From: Stylophora pistillata
Lineage: Eukaryota
Reading direction: 5' to 3'
NCBI RefSeq assembly: GCF_002571385.2
Contig: NW_019217861.1
Span: 199,766 to 263,765 of the forward strand
Length of the DNA stretch: 64,000 nucleotides
A program made the translations under genes and the position numbers. Positions 62,116 through 64,000 of this stretch are shown here, in pieces. The notes beneath the pieces were generated by a model. That model did not search any database. It was not told the origin of the DNA and saw only the letters and a list, made by a program, of their open reading frames with translations. The number at the start of each line of letters is the position of its first letter. Positions within the stretch are counted from its first letter, which is position 1.

Positions 62116-63281
62116 GTGAGGAGGCCGTAGTCATTGCTGTAACAAAAAAAGAAGGTAATTCAAATGGAAAGGGAGACCAAGCAACATTTGCGCAGGCTAT
62201 GGGCATATGTGTGGAGCACGAGAAGAACACTTTCATCACCGATGCTCAAACAGGCTCTGTGAAGCTGGTTACCTCGATAAAAGGCATTGTAAAGTATCTA
62301 GGCCATCTTGGACTCCTTTATAAAGCCTTTTCTGGTCATGTGAAACATCAGACTGTACCAAAACGTTCCCTACCACAAGCAATCAAGCTTCTGGAAGAAC
62401 TTGACAGTTAATTGGAAACAATAACAGAAAAAGCGTTATCGCATAGCAACAATGTCAACGATACCAGCACAGGTAAACCAAGCGGTCCACAAGGAACTAT
62501 TTCTGATCAGACAAAGCGTTCAGTTAGTAACATGATCGTAAATGGACTGAAAGATCTGGAGGCTTTAGTTAAAGAAGAGAATCTAGGCTTCGCCATTGAT
62601 CTGTACTCCTGTGTTACAGTTCAGGTTGGAAACCTCCACGCAGTTGGTCATTTCAAAGACCAGTTTCCTACGCTTTTGCAGTACGCACGGAATCTAGCAA
62701 ATACCGTATAAGAAAGCATTAAGCTTGTAGTACCCTGGAGTGCCTACTACTTCTCGCACGACAAATCGTATTATCCTGTGTTACGCCAGAGCACTCCACT
62801 AAATGCCATTCCGAAGCTGGAGCATCTCAAAGCTATAAGGGAGTTGAATATTCAGGAAAAAGACCTCATGATTGAGTGGGCGACAAATAATGGGAAGGCT
62901 GCACGGCAGAGAAGTGTGAGGCAAGAGACCACCATGTTCAAGGCCTGAACATTGCCGTTAAATATGTACAGAGCATCTGTCTATCCTAAAGATAAAGTCT
63001 GATTCAGCCATAACACTATCCAAGAGGGGACTGTTACTTCTGTTACAACCGTTACGACTGTTACGCATTCTACATCGCATGAAGCCATCGAAGACGATAA
63101 AGTAGTAGAGGCAGCAGAGGTAGAAGAGGAGGAAGAGTATGACACTGACTCAGACGCTGAATATTCTATTGCGGACAATGACGAGGAAGATTCTTTAGAC
63201 GATTTGGTTTTTCTTCGGGCAGTTACAACGCGAAGAGGACGAAGGGTCAGAGTTTCCAACGAGAGTGATTTGAGTAGGTGA
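62116..63281 (+). pseudogene. Decayed ORF: NHL-like repeat, helical region, acidic tail and basic end; probably of DNA-transposon origin
   Basis: One frame of about 385 codons with stops at 62409, 62709, 62946 and 63000 and no frameshift. GKGDQATFAQAMGICVE..FITD is NHL-like. Ends EEEEEYDTDSD..TTRRGRRV. Confidence 0.55.
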
Positions 63282-63455
63282 TTTACGATATGCAGCCTTT
63301 ACGTAGCTTTTCACGATTTTGGTTCTTCTAACATTCTTTCTAGCCTAAGAGAAGGTTATTAAAAGGAGTATCTTACTTCTTTATTTTCGCGATTCGGGAA
63401 AATGAAATTTTAATATCCGTGATCGGTGATTCGTCATTTTTTCTCTTCGTGAACC

Positions 63456-63970
63456 GTGCGACAGACACCACCCTGTATGACCCTCACAGAAGCTCTTATC
63501 ATCAAGAGTCAGCTCAGGTGGAGTGGCCATGTTGTCCGAATGTCAAAAGATCGACTTCCAAAACCGGTCTTCTATTCACAACTTAAAGAAGGATCGAGGA
63601 AGAGAGGTGTTCAGAAAAAGAGGTACAAAGACACTCTGAAAGCCAATCTGAAGAAGTGCAACATTGATATCAGAACCTTGGAAACTGATGCGAAAAACAG
63701 AGATTTCTGGCGTGAAACCACACATGAATGGGGCAGCGTTCTTTGAAACAAGTAGGTGCGCACCATTAGAGGAGAAGAGACGTTTGAGAAAGGAGAGACA
63801 ACAGGAAGCTAGAAATGATCTCCCGCCGCCACCTGGAACCACCTGTCCTCAGTGCCAAAGAACATTCAAGGCTCAAATTGGTCTCGTTAGTTATCTAAGA
63901 GTCCACAAGCAGGGTAATTGATTTGAAGACCATCATCCTCGTTTCGAGGGATAGCCTCGACGACGACGAC
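63456..63970 (+). mobile_element. 3' fragment of an RTE-type LINE
   Basis: QLRWSGHVVRM..RLPK.VFYSQL..G.RKRG..KRYKD.LK. A frameshifted C-terminus contains CPQCQRTF..GL.SYLRVH (C2H2-like). 3' hairpin cctcg-ttt-cgagg and a (GAC)n tail. Confidence 0.9.
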
Positions 63971-64000
63971 TATTATTCAACAACAACTCGGGTATCGAAG

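Overview
Eukaryotic, intron-rich, AT-rich DNA. The repeat families suggest a stony coral or other anthozoan; this rests on my recall of similar repeats, not a database search. The window holds a tandem array of TRPA1-like channel genes (about 13-14 ankyrin repeats, six TM segments, TRP-like helix, short coiled coil). Two genes lie on the minus strand (A 8028-15831, B 20013-29113) and three on the plus strand (C 32501-40014, D 41898-49022, E 50812-60797), with B and C head-to-head; a broken sixth copy (P, about 1586-4035) is on the minus strand. I rebuilt ten GT-AG-bounded coding exons for each of A-E, and all share intron phases 2,1,2,0,2,2,0,0,2. A-D read through cleanly, while E has one in-frame TAG in exon 3. 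The paralogs differ at the pore filter, the S2 Ca2+-site glutamate (Lys in D) and the electrophile-sensing cysteines. Around them are LINE fragments, tRNA-derived SINEs, Penelope-type repeats with minimal hammerhead motifs, hairpin MITEs, a 129-bp minisatellite, a 1.4-kb duplication of B's 3' flank and a decayed NHL-repeat/transposase-like ORF. Three N-runs and a single N (1883) limit interpretation.
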